A stretch of DNA of 64,000 nt, from NCBI GenBank assembly GCA_964016885.1, contig OZ024741.1, positions 116,002,001-116,066,000 on the forward strand, in the 5' to 3' direction. The notes under the pieces were generated by a model. It saw nothing but the letters and a program-made list of their open reading frames with translations. It made no database searches and was not told the DNA's origin. The translations under genes were made by a program, and so were the position numbers. Each line of letters begins with the position of its first letter. Positions within the stretch are counted from its first letter, which is position 1. Shown in pieces: positions 1 through 11,498 of this stretch. The DNA comes from Eledone cirrhosa (lineage: Eukaryota).

Positions 1-3000
1 TTCACCCACCTTTCAGCAAATGTACTGGGGTGCAACACTTCTCTCTCCACCCTCACCTTCCTTTCCAAGTGAAACTTGAAAAAGTTGATGAGGGATTGGC
101 CAAAGGGAAAAGTGTCTGTCTTCAGTCCTTTCAACCTCGTCCACCATACAACCTCTTTCGCTACTGCCACCAGACAGAGGAAAGTTGCCTGCCCTTCCTG
201 GCCAAAAGAAGGCGGCGGGTCGATCTTCACTATGGACACAGCCGATAGCCGGATCCGTTCTACACGCGACAACAGCTGTTCAACATAACTCCACAAGTCA
301 GTAATGCACGGACACTGGACGAGTGCGTGCAGAACGGTTTCGTCGCTCTTCGCGCATCTCGGGCAGGTCCGTCTGACAGTACTTTCGTGCCTGTAGAGTT
401 TATCTCGAACCGGCAGTGCCCCCCTGTAGCACTGCCAAGCGAGGGATTTTTGGAAATTATCCATCGTCCCCGGCTCGAAAGTCTTCCGGTACAGACTGGT
501 TAGTTCGACTTCGTTGACTCCCAGAGCCTCTCCGAGTGCGTCGTCGCACTTGCCCACCACTAATCCTCTATAGAACTCGAGAGTGAAAGTTCCACTGACC
601 GCATTGCCCGCCTGGTAGAGCGCAGTGAGTGCCTGGCAACATTCCAGATGCCAGTGACCCAGTCTCGGTCTCTTCTTGACCCAGCACTGCAGCTCAGTCA
701 AGGAAACGAACTGCGGAAAGGCTCGTCTAACAAACGGCGACCACACCTGTTCACCGTTTAGGCAGAATATCTGGAGATGCCGCAGCCTCAGCGCGTGCCT
801 GCACATCATTAGCCACGGCTTACCCAGCGCTCCACGTAGAGGGTGCTGGCAGCAGATGGACCGCCGCACAAGCGGAACCTGACCCCCTCCACAATAATTT
901 TAAGAGGAGCCGCTCCAAGATGGCGAGGCGCGAACGGGGGCAAGGGACGACGGTCAGACGGTAGTAGATGACGGACGCGATGTACGCGTTCGCCACCTCC
1001 GCCCGACCGTTCAGTGATAGCTTCATCCCAGCCCATTTCTGGGTGAGACTGGCTACCCTGCCCGTTATCTCGTCCCAATTTTATCCACCTGGAGGTCTGG
1101 CCCGAACCAAACCCTAGCAACTTTACCGGTCTGTCCGTCCAGCGCCTAACGACACTGTTGGACGGCATGGACTTGCCTCTCCAGGTGCTGAGTTACCGAC
1201 CACCTCGATTTCTGAGGTGTCCGACACCATCACGGTGATGTTGTCTGCATAAGCCGACACAACCTTTCCGCGTCCCGGTTCGAGCGGGATGCACTGCAAC
1301 AGCTCCAACTTCCGCAGTAAAGGCTCGAGAGTCAATACGTACAGAAGGGAGGAGAGAGGGCACCCTTGACGGACCGATTGGGAGACCTGAAACGGTTCCG
1401 AGAGGTGGTCATTAATTTTGACCATCGAGCAGGTGCCGTTGTGCATTGCAGCGATCCAACTTCTGAAGACGGCGCCGAAGCCAGCCGCCTTGAGGACAGC
1501 CTCCAGGTACCGATGGTCGACCCTATCGAATGCTTTCGATTGATCTAAGTTGATCAGAGCCCCAGCGAAGTCAGGACCTGGTTGGGATTGCGCAATTTTG
1601 CGCCTCCCCAACCAAATCCCGACGGCAAGCGCCAACCTCTTCGCTAACACCCTGGCCAAAATCTTAAACTCTGTGTTGAGCAGAGTTATGGGCCTGAAAT
1701 TGTCTAATGTGTCCCTTTTGTTCTCGTCTTTCCTTATCAGCGTCACTAGGCCCCGGCTCACATAATTGGGAATACTCCCGTTTTGCTGCCAGTTGCAGTA
1801 GAGGGCTTCGAGGAGATTGGAGAACAAGTCTGGCATATTTATGTAAAGCTCGTAGGGCAGACTATCCAAACCGGGTGACTTGCGCCTCATGCAGCCGACA
1901 AGGGCATCCTGAATCTCGGCTGAAGTAATTGGCCTTTCGCAGCGCCCAGCGTCAGCCGTCGAGAGTTGCGGCAAGCCATCGAGGTAGGGACTGAAGTCCG
2001 CCACCATCTCCGACCCGCCATTCTCCCCGAACAACCGAGAAAAATGTTGGCGAAAGGCCTCACACATCCTCTTGAAATCGCTCAGCTCGTGCCCGTCTCG
2101 GTCCGTCCAAGACCGAATCGGGGTTTTATTACCACGCTGCGCCTCTGCCACACGGGCCCATCGAACAGCTATGGTTCCCTCGTTTCTCAGAGCACATGCT
2201 TTAACTCTGACAATGCAACCTTCGTGTTTCGCATTGAATAAATGGTCTATTGCCATTCTCGCCGCTAGCACGTCAGTTGCAATGCCACTACCAATAGCCT
2301 CGTCTAACTTATCTACCAACTCCCCCTCTTTTCTATTTTTCTCTAACGCTACTTCTTTGCTAAACTCTATCGACATTACTCTAATTTCTCTTTTGAGAAC
2401 CCCCCACCATCTATTGTTGACGACTCCCCCTGTCAACTTTTTCTTAACTAAATTGTTGACCTGGTCCCTGTAAGCCTTACGTGCCGGAAATGACATGTTT
2501 AGCTTCCAGTAACCAGGTCCTAACCTACGCGTCTTATCTAGGTCGACCATACAGATCACAAACTTGTGATCTGAATAGGCGACAGTTTCAAAACGTGGAC
2601 AGCTTACACTAATTCTGTCTATTTTCCTAATGAATATCCTGTCTATATACGATCTAGATGACACTATGCGGTTAGCCCAGGTCCACACTGGCGCATTAGG
2701 GAAATCTAGTCGGTACCTGTCAGACAGTTGGAACTGGCTGATCAGGTTCTTGAGGCTTTTGCACCCCCCGCTCCTATCGGATACTCCCACACAGTCCCAG
2801 CGTGCGTCTAAGATGCCGTTCCAGTCCCCGCTAACAGTAAAGGGCGAAACGTACCCAGAAAGGCTTCCAGGCGTCTAAAGAAGTCCGGCCGTCCTGCCCC
2901 AGTAGGATCATAGACGGCCACCAGTCTAAAGGCACCACCTTCGTTATTGTTCACGTCCAGGACCACCAACTTCCCGTCCGGGTCCCGGAAGATCGACCTT

Positions 3001-3245
3001 ACCTCGAGATCCAGGCCTTTCCTAAACAGCACTGACACCCCGCCTCCCATTCCCGGCCGGCTAACAGATGCAAAGATCTGATAGTCGTCGAAAATGGGGG
3101 CTAGTGCGCGCGTGTCGGAAATCCTGCTCTCGCTGACGGCAATTACATCCATTTCTATAGACCTGAGGTCGTTGAGCAGGTGACCCTGCTTCCAGGACGA
3201 TCCCAGGCCTCGAACATTTAAACATCCTACTCTTAATACGGCCAT
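1..3245 (-). pseudogene. Tx1 ORF2 (APE-RT-zinc finger), frameshifted
   Basis: APE and RT motifs lie in successive frames, and the catalytic motif reads YADN instead of YADD. Confidence 0.9.
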
Positions 3246-3280
3246 GTTGGCAGGTTAATCAGAGAGAGAGAAAGGTTTAC

Positions 3281-5245
3281 TTACCTTCCGGGCTCTTGTG
3301 AATGTCGAGTTGGTGAGGTTTCTTTTGGGAACCCCTTTAAAGGTCTTGAAGTGGGTTTTACGTTCGGGGTTCCCACGTCCCGAGGAAAGCTGTCTCGTAT
3401 TTCTTTGAATATATCGAGCGACATTCGCACCAGCACCAAATCTTCCGGCACGCGAAATGTGCTCGATTTAAAAATTTCCACTGTTTTTGTATATTTTCAC
3501 TTCGTGCTACGAGGGCCATCAGTTCCTTGTTGGCCCTCCAGACGAGCACGAAGTTTTGTATGTTTTGTTGGTGTGATTTTATTTTTGTGCGTGGCTGTGG
3601 TGGTGATGGTTTTGGTGGTGTTGTTTCGGTTGTATCTGTGTTTGTTGTGAGTGCGGTGTCTGTGGTTTCAGATAGTTGTGTGTATATTTGTTCTTGCGTC
3701 TGTTTAGGTTGTTTCCGTTTGGGGGATTCTGGTGATGGTGATGGTGGTGTTGATGTTGGTGTTATTGGAGAGATGTTTGCGTGGGTGGTGTCTGCGTGTT
3801 TTATTGTGGGTGATTTTGTGCTTTGTTGAGTTTCTTTTTTTCTTTTTGTGTTTCCTTTTTTGTATTTTGGGGGATTTGGGTTTTCCCTCATCTTCACTAC
3901 TGGTAGATGAGGGGTATGTGTCTGTAAGTGTGTATGTGTGTGTGTTTATGGTTTTATTGGTGTGTGTATTTTGGGGGGGAGGGGGAATTTGACAGCTTTC
4001 CTCGTTTCCCCCCTGGGTTGTCAATGTTGGTGGCGGTCTTTCTATTGGTTTTGTTGTTGGTGGTTTTACCGGTGCTGGTGTTGGTTGTGGTCCTCGCCCC
4101 GGCGGAGGAAGCAGTGGAGCCTTTCGACCCCTTGCCGCTGTCAGCAGTTGAGGGCAGAAGGCTCGCAAATGGGTTTTTTCCCCACAAACAAAACACTGCG
4201 GCCTTTTGCTTTCGGTCATAATGTGAATGACCGTCCCATTCTAAAGGCGGAGGTGGTCCGGGATTGTCTTCACATTCTCGGGCCTGATCTGGAGAAGGAT
4301 CTCCAGGTCAACCCCGGACCAGTCCTCTCTGGCCGTTCTGGTCACTTCTATAGGGACTGTATCCGTCCCCTCCACAATCACACATCCCAGAACCCACGAC
4401 ATGTCAAGTCCTGGTGGGATTCTGGGAATGCGGAGACGGGCCGTTCTTTTTCCAATGTGGGAGGGGTACATTATGACCTTGCTGGTTTTACAAGGAGTCA
4501 TAGCGTGTTTAATAGCGAGGGCTTCTCACTTGAACAACACCGAAATGGCGCCGTACTGTCTGCCCCTCTCTATGTATTCGGTGTCTTCTCTGATGCACCT
4601 CAGCGTGTCTTCGAAATCTTCTTGTGGGATTAAAGCTGCTCTTTTGGTTTGTGCTGAGATGCATCTATAATGCACCGTTCTGCGCTCCACTGCCTCAATA
4701 GCTTCTACCGGGACAGTTAAGTTGGCCCAGGTTTGCTCTTGCTTGATGAGCTTCCATGCGTCGGCCAACTTTTCATCTTTGTTTGAGAGGTCCATGTTGA
4801 AGCATGGCCTCTTTTTTCCTGCTGCCGCAGCGAAAGTAATCTTCTTGCTTTCGTTGGGGGTGTTGTGGTCGTTGTCGTTGTTCTTGTTGGTGTTGTTGTT
4901 AGCACTGTCGCTGTTATCATTGTTGTCTTTGTTGCCACCGTTGTTCTAGGTGCAGTTGGTATTGTTGCTGTTGGTGTTGTCGCTATTTGTTTTCATGTTA
5001 GTGGTGTTGATATTATTGTTGTATTTGTTATTTTTTTTTTTGTTATATGTATTTTCGTTGTCGCTGTTACTGTCATTTTTTTCAAAATTAGAGTTCTCAT
5101 TGGTATCATTGGTGTCTTTGTTTACATTGTTTGTGGTGGTGTTTGCGTTATCAATTTGTGTTAATTTCGCTGTAGCGCTCCTCTCAACTTCCACGTCGTT
5201 GTCGCACGACAGCAGACATATCGCTGGAGGGCGTGGCTCAGCCAT
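3281..5245 (-). pseudogene. Tx1 ORF1 (gag-like), frameshifted
   Basis: It starts MAEPRPP at 5245, followed by an Asn/Thr-rich N-terminus, a globular middle, a CCHC knuckle (about 4150-4200) and a Pro/Thr-rich tail. It is split across several frames. Confidence 0.8.
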
Positions 5246-5448
5246 GTTTTTTTTCTCCGTAAATGTTTTAACATGTAAAAAAATTCAAATATTTGGGCCA
5301 AAGGGCCCAAATATTATACTTTCCCCTTCACGGGGCAAAGTCTAAGGGGTTATATCCCTTACACAACAAGAAATATTTAACAACAAATAATTTTAACAGG
5401 CAAATAAAGCGACTCACTGGGAGCGAGCAAAATACGTCCGCTTAGACC

Positions 5449-5530
5449 AATAATAATAATAATAATAATAATATATATATATATGTATATATATATATGA
5501 TTTTAATTATTATTATTATTATTATTATAG
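5449..5530. repeat. Compound (AAT)n-(TA)n-(TTA)n microsatellite between Tx1 copy 1 and Dong A1
   Basis: Directly visible in the sequence. Confidence 0.95.
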
Positions 5531-6724
5531 TTGCATTTATCTTGCTTTATGTTCATACGGGTTATCACCAAGTCACAACCAGTGACCTCAAGAGACAACA
5601 AGGTCCGCTATGTTCAAGAAAGAAAATACATATACACACATGCATCTTTAGGTGTTTAGATTTGTGATGTACTTATATTGACAGAATCTTCCTTAGTATA
5701 TGGACAGTTCCCATTAGTACTATCTTTTGTATTTCTCCTATACGCTGGTTTCCTGCGATTTGCGATAAGTAATCATTAGACCCCTTAGGTATCATTCCTA
5801 GAGCACCTACAACCACTGGTATTGTTTTAGTTCTCAATTTCCACATTTTTCCAATTTCTATCTCCAGGTCCTTATACTTGCTCAATTTTTCAAATGTTTT
5901 TTATAGATACATTCTTGTCTATTGGAACAGACATATCAATTAGCAGGCATACCCTCTTTTTAAAGTCCTTCAGTATTATATCAGGTCTATTTGCATCTAT
6001 TTTTCGGTCTGTTTGGATGCTAAAGTACCACAAGATTGAGATGTGATCCTTTTCAAGTATGGGAGGTGGTAGATGCTCCCACCAATTCTTTTGACAGGGC
6101 AGGTCAAAATGCTTACACATTATCCAATGTATGTATTGTGCAGTTCTGTCATGCCTGTTTAGGTATTCGGTTGGAGCTATAGGTATGCACATTGAAATTA
6201 TATGATCAATGGTCTCTGGTTGTTTTTTTACATACACGGCATAATGGGTTGCATCCATTTTTTATTATGTTGGGTTGGTAAATTTTTGTTGGCAGACACT
6301 GATTTTGTGCTGATATAATCAGTTCTTCAGTCTCTCATTTCAGTCCAGAGGATGCCAACCACTGATGGGTTAAAGTTTTGTCAACATCAGGATTGTTAGC
6401 TCTTTTCTTGCCATTTCTTAGCCAGCTTCTGTAGCAGTTCTTTCTTTGCAGTTACTTTTACCTGCTTTGCTTATTCTGTGTTTTCCATTTTAGCAGTAAA
6501 TGGGACTTCTGAAATGTGTAGTCCATTACTTATCTTTGTGCATCTTTTGTAATGGATTGTGATCTTTTGATGCTTTCGTGTTTCAAAACGAGTTTGATCA
6601 TCCAATCATGTGATTCCCTAGATATGTAGATAATCCAATTGTTGCAGTTTTCAACTCAATATCTAACTGGATTAACCCACATCCTCCTTCTTTCCTCGGG
6701 AGATATATTCTATGTGTATCTGCC

Positions 6725-6726
<2 letters not shown>
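5531..6726 (-). mobile_element. R4/Dong-type RLE retrotransposon, family A copy 1, 5'-truncated and degenerate
   Basis: Homologous to the 3' part of 6762-10712 (RHD, RPDI and TIPVVVGALG motifs, same 3' UTR). It has an internal deletion near 6400 and is flanked by (TTA)n on both sides. Confidence 0.9.
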
Positions 6727-6761
<35 letters not shown>

Positions 6762-6762
<1 letters not shown>

Positions 6763-9700
6763 TGCATTTATCTTGCTTTATGTTTATACGAGTTATCACC
6801 AAGTCACAACCAGTGACCTCAAGAGACAACAAGGTCCGCCATGTTCAAGAAAGAACATACATATTCACACATGCATCCTTAGTGTTTAGACTTGTGATGT
6901 ACTTATATTGACAGGATCTTCCTTAGTATATGGGCAGTTCCCATTAGTACTATCTTTTGTATTTCTCCTATACGCGGATTTCCTGGGATTAGCGATAAGT
7001 AGTCGTTAGACCCCTTAGGTATCATTCCCAGAGCGCCTACAACCACTGGTATTGTTTTAGTTCTCAATTTCCACATTTTTCCAATTTCTATCTCCAGGTC
7101 CTTATACTTGCTCAATTTTTCAAATGTTTTTATAGATACATTCTTGTCTATTGGAACAGACATATCAATTAGCAGGCATACCCTCCTTTGAAAGTCCTTC
7201 AATATTATATCAGGTCTATTTGCATCTATTTTTCGGTCTGTTTGGATGCTAAAGTTCCACAAGATTGAGATGTGATCTTTTTCAAGTATGGGAGGTGGTT
7301 GATGCTCACACCAATTCTTTTGATGGGGCAGGTCAAAATGCTTACACATTATCCAATGTATGTATTGTGCAGCTCTGTCATGCCTGTTTAGGTATTCGGT
7401 TGGAGCTATAGGACTGCACATTGAAATGATATGGTCATTGGTCTCTGGTTGTTTTTTGCATACACGGCATAATGGGCTGCACCCATTTTTTATTATGTTG
7501 GCTTGGTAATTTTTTGTTGGCAGACACTGATCTTGTGCCGATATAATCAGTCCTTCAGTCTCCGATTTCAGTCCAGAGGATGCCAACCACAGATGGGTTA
7601 AAGTTTTGTCAACATCAGGATTATTAGCTCGCTCTGGGTATTTTCCATACAGAGGCTTTTCTTGCCATTTCTTAGCCAGTTTCTGTAGCAGTTCTTTCTT
7701 TGCAGTTACTTTTACCTGCTTTGCTTTTTCTGTGTTTTCCATTTCAGCAGTAAATGGGACTTCTGAAATTTGTAGTCCATTACTGTATCTTTGTGCATCT
7801 TTTGTAATGGAATATGATCTTTTGATGCTTTCGTGTTTCAAAACGAGTTTGATCATCCAATCATGTGATTCCCTTAGATATGTGGATAATCCAATTGTTG
7901 CAGTTTTCAACGCAATGTCTAACTGGATTAACCCACGTCCTCCTTCTTTCCTAGGGAGATATATTCTATCTATGTCTGCCTTAGGGTGATGCATTCTGTG
8001 CATGGTTAAGAATTTTCGGATTTTTGTATCGAGCCTACGGATCTCTGTGCTTGACCAGTTGATGACATTGTAACTGTAGGTTACTACTGGTATGGCAAGC
8101 GTGTTTATGGCATCGATCCTATTCCTTGCATTCAATTCCGTTCTTAAGATTGCTCTGACTCTGCGGTAACATTCCTTCCTTATCCTTTCCCTCATTGTCG
8201 AGTGCTTGATTCCGTCTCCTTCACAAACACCTAGATATTTGTAAGTTTTTTCTTGATCAAGCTCTCTTATCACGTTCCCCCGATCAAGATTAATGTATGA
8301 ACTCTTCAGCAGCTTTCCTCTGGTGAACGTTGCTTTGGCGCATTTATCCAGTCCAAACTCCATTTTAATGTCATCATTGAACTGCTTCGCAGTGGATAAT
8401 AGCCCTTGCAATTGTTCATCATTTTTTGCAAATAGTTTCACGTCATCCATGTAGAACAGGTGATTAATGGTTTTGTCATAGACTCTATATCCATGTTTTG
8501 TTTCATTGAGCATTTTACTTAATGGTATAAGTGCGATGCAGAATAAAAGCGGTGATAAAGAGTCACCTTGAAAACTTCCACAATTAATGTTAACTTCTCC
8601 AGCTTCCAGTGATTTTGTTTCACTATTCAAAAGGAGTGTCGTTCTCCATGTCCTCATACTGAATGACAAAAACCTCCTGACAACGGGGGATATTTTGAAA
8701 ATCTCTAAACATTTTTCAATCCAACTCTGTGGCAAACTATCGAATGCTATTTTATAATCTATCCAAGCAATCGATAGATTTTTGTGTCTATTATGACAAT
8801 CTTCCAGTATCATTTTGTTAACCAGAAGCTGATCCTTACAGCCATATGAGCCTCGTTTACACCCTTTCTGCTCAATGGGAAATAGGTCATTTGTTATCAG
8901 GTGGTCATATGTGTATTCAGTTAGGAGTGATGTTAAAATTTTATACATTGTGGTCAAGCAGGTTATCGGTCTGTAATTTTTGGGATTGTTTGTCTCATCA
9001 TTCTTCGGTAGCAGGAATGTAATGCCGTTAACTAGCCATGATGGTATCTTTTCTGGCTCCTTAACTATTTCATTGTAAAGTTGGGCTAACAGCTCATGAG
9101 ACTCTGTGAAGGCATTTATCCAAAAGTTTTGTATTTTGTCTTTTCCTGGGGATTTCCATTTGCTGGTTTTTCTTAGAGCCAAGCGCAGCTGTTCAACTGT
9201 TATATTTTCCCATGTTTGTTCTTCAAGGTGAGCTGTTTCTTTCATTTGTCTGTCTCTCCATGGGGCATGTATGTTATGAACTTTTATTCGGCCCAGATCT
9301 TTTCCCAGAATTCTTGCACTTCCTCCTTGGGTGGTATTGATTTAGCAGTTATTGTTGACTTACCAATTTTTCTGTAGAAGTTTCTTTGGTTGTTTTTGAA
9401 CATATTATTGTCCTTATAGAATCTAGATCGTTTTTCAAAGCGCCTTATACGAGCAGCTTTGGTCGACACTTTTTGCTTGATTGTTTCTATCAGCATGTCT
9501 ATGTCACATGCTGATCTTATACTGTACTTTTTTTTCAATTTTCTAAGTTTAGTTTGTTTAACATGTTCACCTACTTTATAATTTGTTAAAATTTCTATGT
9601 CAGATCGGAGAAGGTTTATTTGGCGATTGATGTTCTCTTGCCAAGTAGATTTCTTGTGGGAATTCCTTTGTTTTTTCATCTTCACTCCACATAAGTGAGT

Positions 9701-10712
9701 GGTGACTTTAGCCGATGCATAATAGAGATGATTTAAGTCAGTAATGTTTAGTTTGTTTGTGATGATAATGTTTTTGAGAATTATGTTAGTCTTGTGTATT
9801 ATCTTTTGGTTCTGTTTGGAGTTCTGGATCTTAGGGAGGGTGTCTCGTTGCCCCATGTCAGATTCTTTCATTTTCATCCATTCGATCATAATTTCATCCT
9901 TCAAGTTGGCAAGTTCATTCTCATTCATTTCTTTATCATTTACGATCTCATTATTTTCATTTGGAGTTTCATCCTGAGCATGCACTCCCTCCACTTTTTC
10001 GCTCCTTTCTTTAATTTGTTCTGTTGCCAGTGATTCCGCCCCAAACCTGGGATTCGAAGTGTTACAGTTTACCTCGTTTTCACTGACACATGCTTCATTT
10101 TTCCCTTCGCTGACTTTGTGCTACTAGCTTGATCTGATCAATTTCTATATCAGTTAGTAACTTTTTTCTTACAATATTTCTTCGTATATTGGCTAGTTTG
10201 TTACTGTCAATATAGCCTCTGTTTTCGGGATGTTTCTTTTTCCAGTTGATATATGTTTGTTCTGTATTCGATGTATTTGATGGGTAGTACATGGCAGTGT
10301 AGAAAGCCTCAAGGACTTCTTTATTATCTTCCCTTGACCATTTTTCTCTCTTTTTCTTTGGATTTCTTGGTTGTGAACATGGAGGGCCAACAGTAGGAGT
10401 ATTCCGGTTATGGGAGGTCTCCAGCTCCGAAGTGATGGGAAGGTTTGAACCATTAGCTGATTTTTCGACCCCAGTCTGGTTCCTCTCTGAGGGACGCGGC
10501 CCTTTTTTACCCGGGTGACGGCCGATCCGGTATGAGCTTTTATCATTAGACATTTACTTTATTTTGTCGCGTTTTATCCTTATCCGCCAAGGGGTAATCA
10601 TTTCGTGTTACCACTTCTAGAACGAGTGTCAACCAAGACTAGAGGGGTCGTTCTCCCCTAGAGACATGGCTATTCCCCGCCGGCCGCCATCCCGGTATTT
10701 CTTGGTCACGGG
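6762..10712 (-). mobile_element. R4/Dong-type RLE retrotransposon, family A copy 2, apparently full length with breaks near 10095 and 9284
   Basis: ORF pieces are 10553-10095, 9994-9284 and 9245-6903. They contain an RT (KSPGKD, NYRPITCL, FQGDSLSPLLF, YMDD), a CCHC finger (CRVC..ET.DHIISMC) and an RLE nuclease (RHD, RPDIILKD). The 3' end adjoins (TAA)n on the sense strand. Confidence 0.95.
6903..9245 (-). pseudogene. RT-RLE polyprotein, C-terminal 780 aa of Dong A2
   Basis: The ORF track shows RT and RLE motifs. It is separated from its upstream part by a 1-nt deletion relative to copy A3 (aacttttattcgg versus aactttttcttcgg). Confidence 0.9.
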
Positions 10713-10794
10713 GTTTTCTTTTTGTTGTTTTTTTTTAAATTGTTATTATCATGAGTGGTTCCTTAATGTGAGCATTGCGTGGCTTAAGAATGAA

Positions 10795-10850
10795 ATTATT
10801 AATAATTGTCTCCACTCCAGGCACAAGGCCAGCAATCACCCAGTGCATTA
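10795..10850 (-). mobile_element. SINE 3' tail fragment
   Basis: The reverse complement, aatgcactgggtgattgctggccttgtgcc, matches the SINE tails at 25130 and 33541. Confidence 0.6.
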
Positions 10851-11498
10851 CAATAATATAATATACTTTTTGTTGTAGTTGGCTGTTATTGTTGTTGGCT
10901 ATGTCGGTGGTGGTGCCGGGGCTTTTTATATTGTTGGTGAGGAAGGGGTGAGCCAGCAGTCCCATAATTGTTGATGTAGACGTTTGGCCGTGGCAAGGTC
11001 ACCAAGTCAATCTATTTATATCTTTTGCTAGCCTCTCTCTTGTCTAGTGCTACCGCCACCTTCCCTTTTCTCTCTCAAGTTAACAGGGGAATAGTGTCAG
11101 TAGCATTGAATGAGTGGTGGCGGCGATGATGGATGTGGTGGGGTGGTGGCAGCGGTGGTGTTGTGGTTACTGATATAGTATCTATGAGTTTGTGTTCGTA
11201 TGTTTAATATATATTTTTGTTGACATATTCCCGTAAAATTTGAATTAAACATTTTTTAAAATTTGAGACAATAATAATAGTAATTATTATTATGATGCTG
11301 GTGAAATTGTCGTTATCTGGCTGTTATATTTAGTGTGATGGGATAGGTAGTGTATCAAGTTTCTGGTGTTGGTGAAATTGAAATTGCTGCTGTTCTATAT
11401 AGTGTAGACAGAGGGTGTTTTGTTCCGTTTATAACCATTTTCTTTTTTTGAATACAAAATATATAATACATATTATTATTATTATTATTATTATTATT

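Larger units (their letters stand above)
1..5448 (-). mobile_element. Tx1/L1-clade non-LTR retrotransposon, copy 1, with disrupted ORF1 and ORF2; the 3' end runs off the window
   Basis: ORF2 fragments include an APE endonuclease (LRVGCLNVRGLG, 3245-2808), an RT (KSPGLDSLPYELY, NFRPITLLN, DQSKAFDRVDH, QGCPLS, YADN; 2790-1123) and a C-terminal CPRC..ETVLHALVQC near 310-365. ORF1 fragments include the zinc knuckle CFVCGEKTHLRAFC. The 5' end (GGTCTAAG) abuts an (AAT)n tract. Confidence 0.93.

Noticed and set aside
10860-11460. Possible further Tx1 ORF1 remnant on the minus strand
   Set aside because: The resemblance is only compositional (A/C-rich), with no alignable motif.
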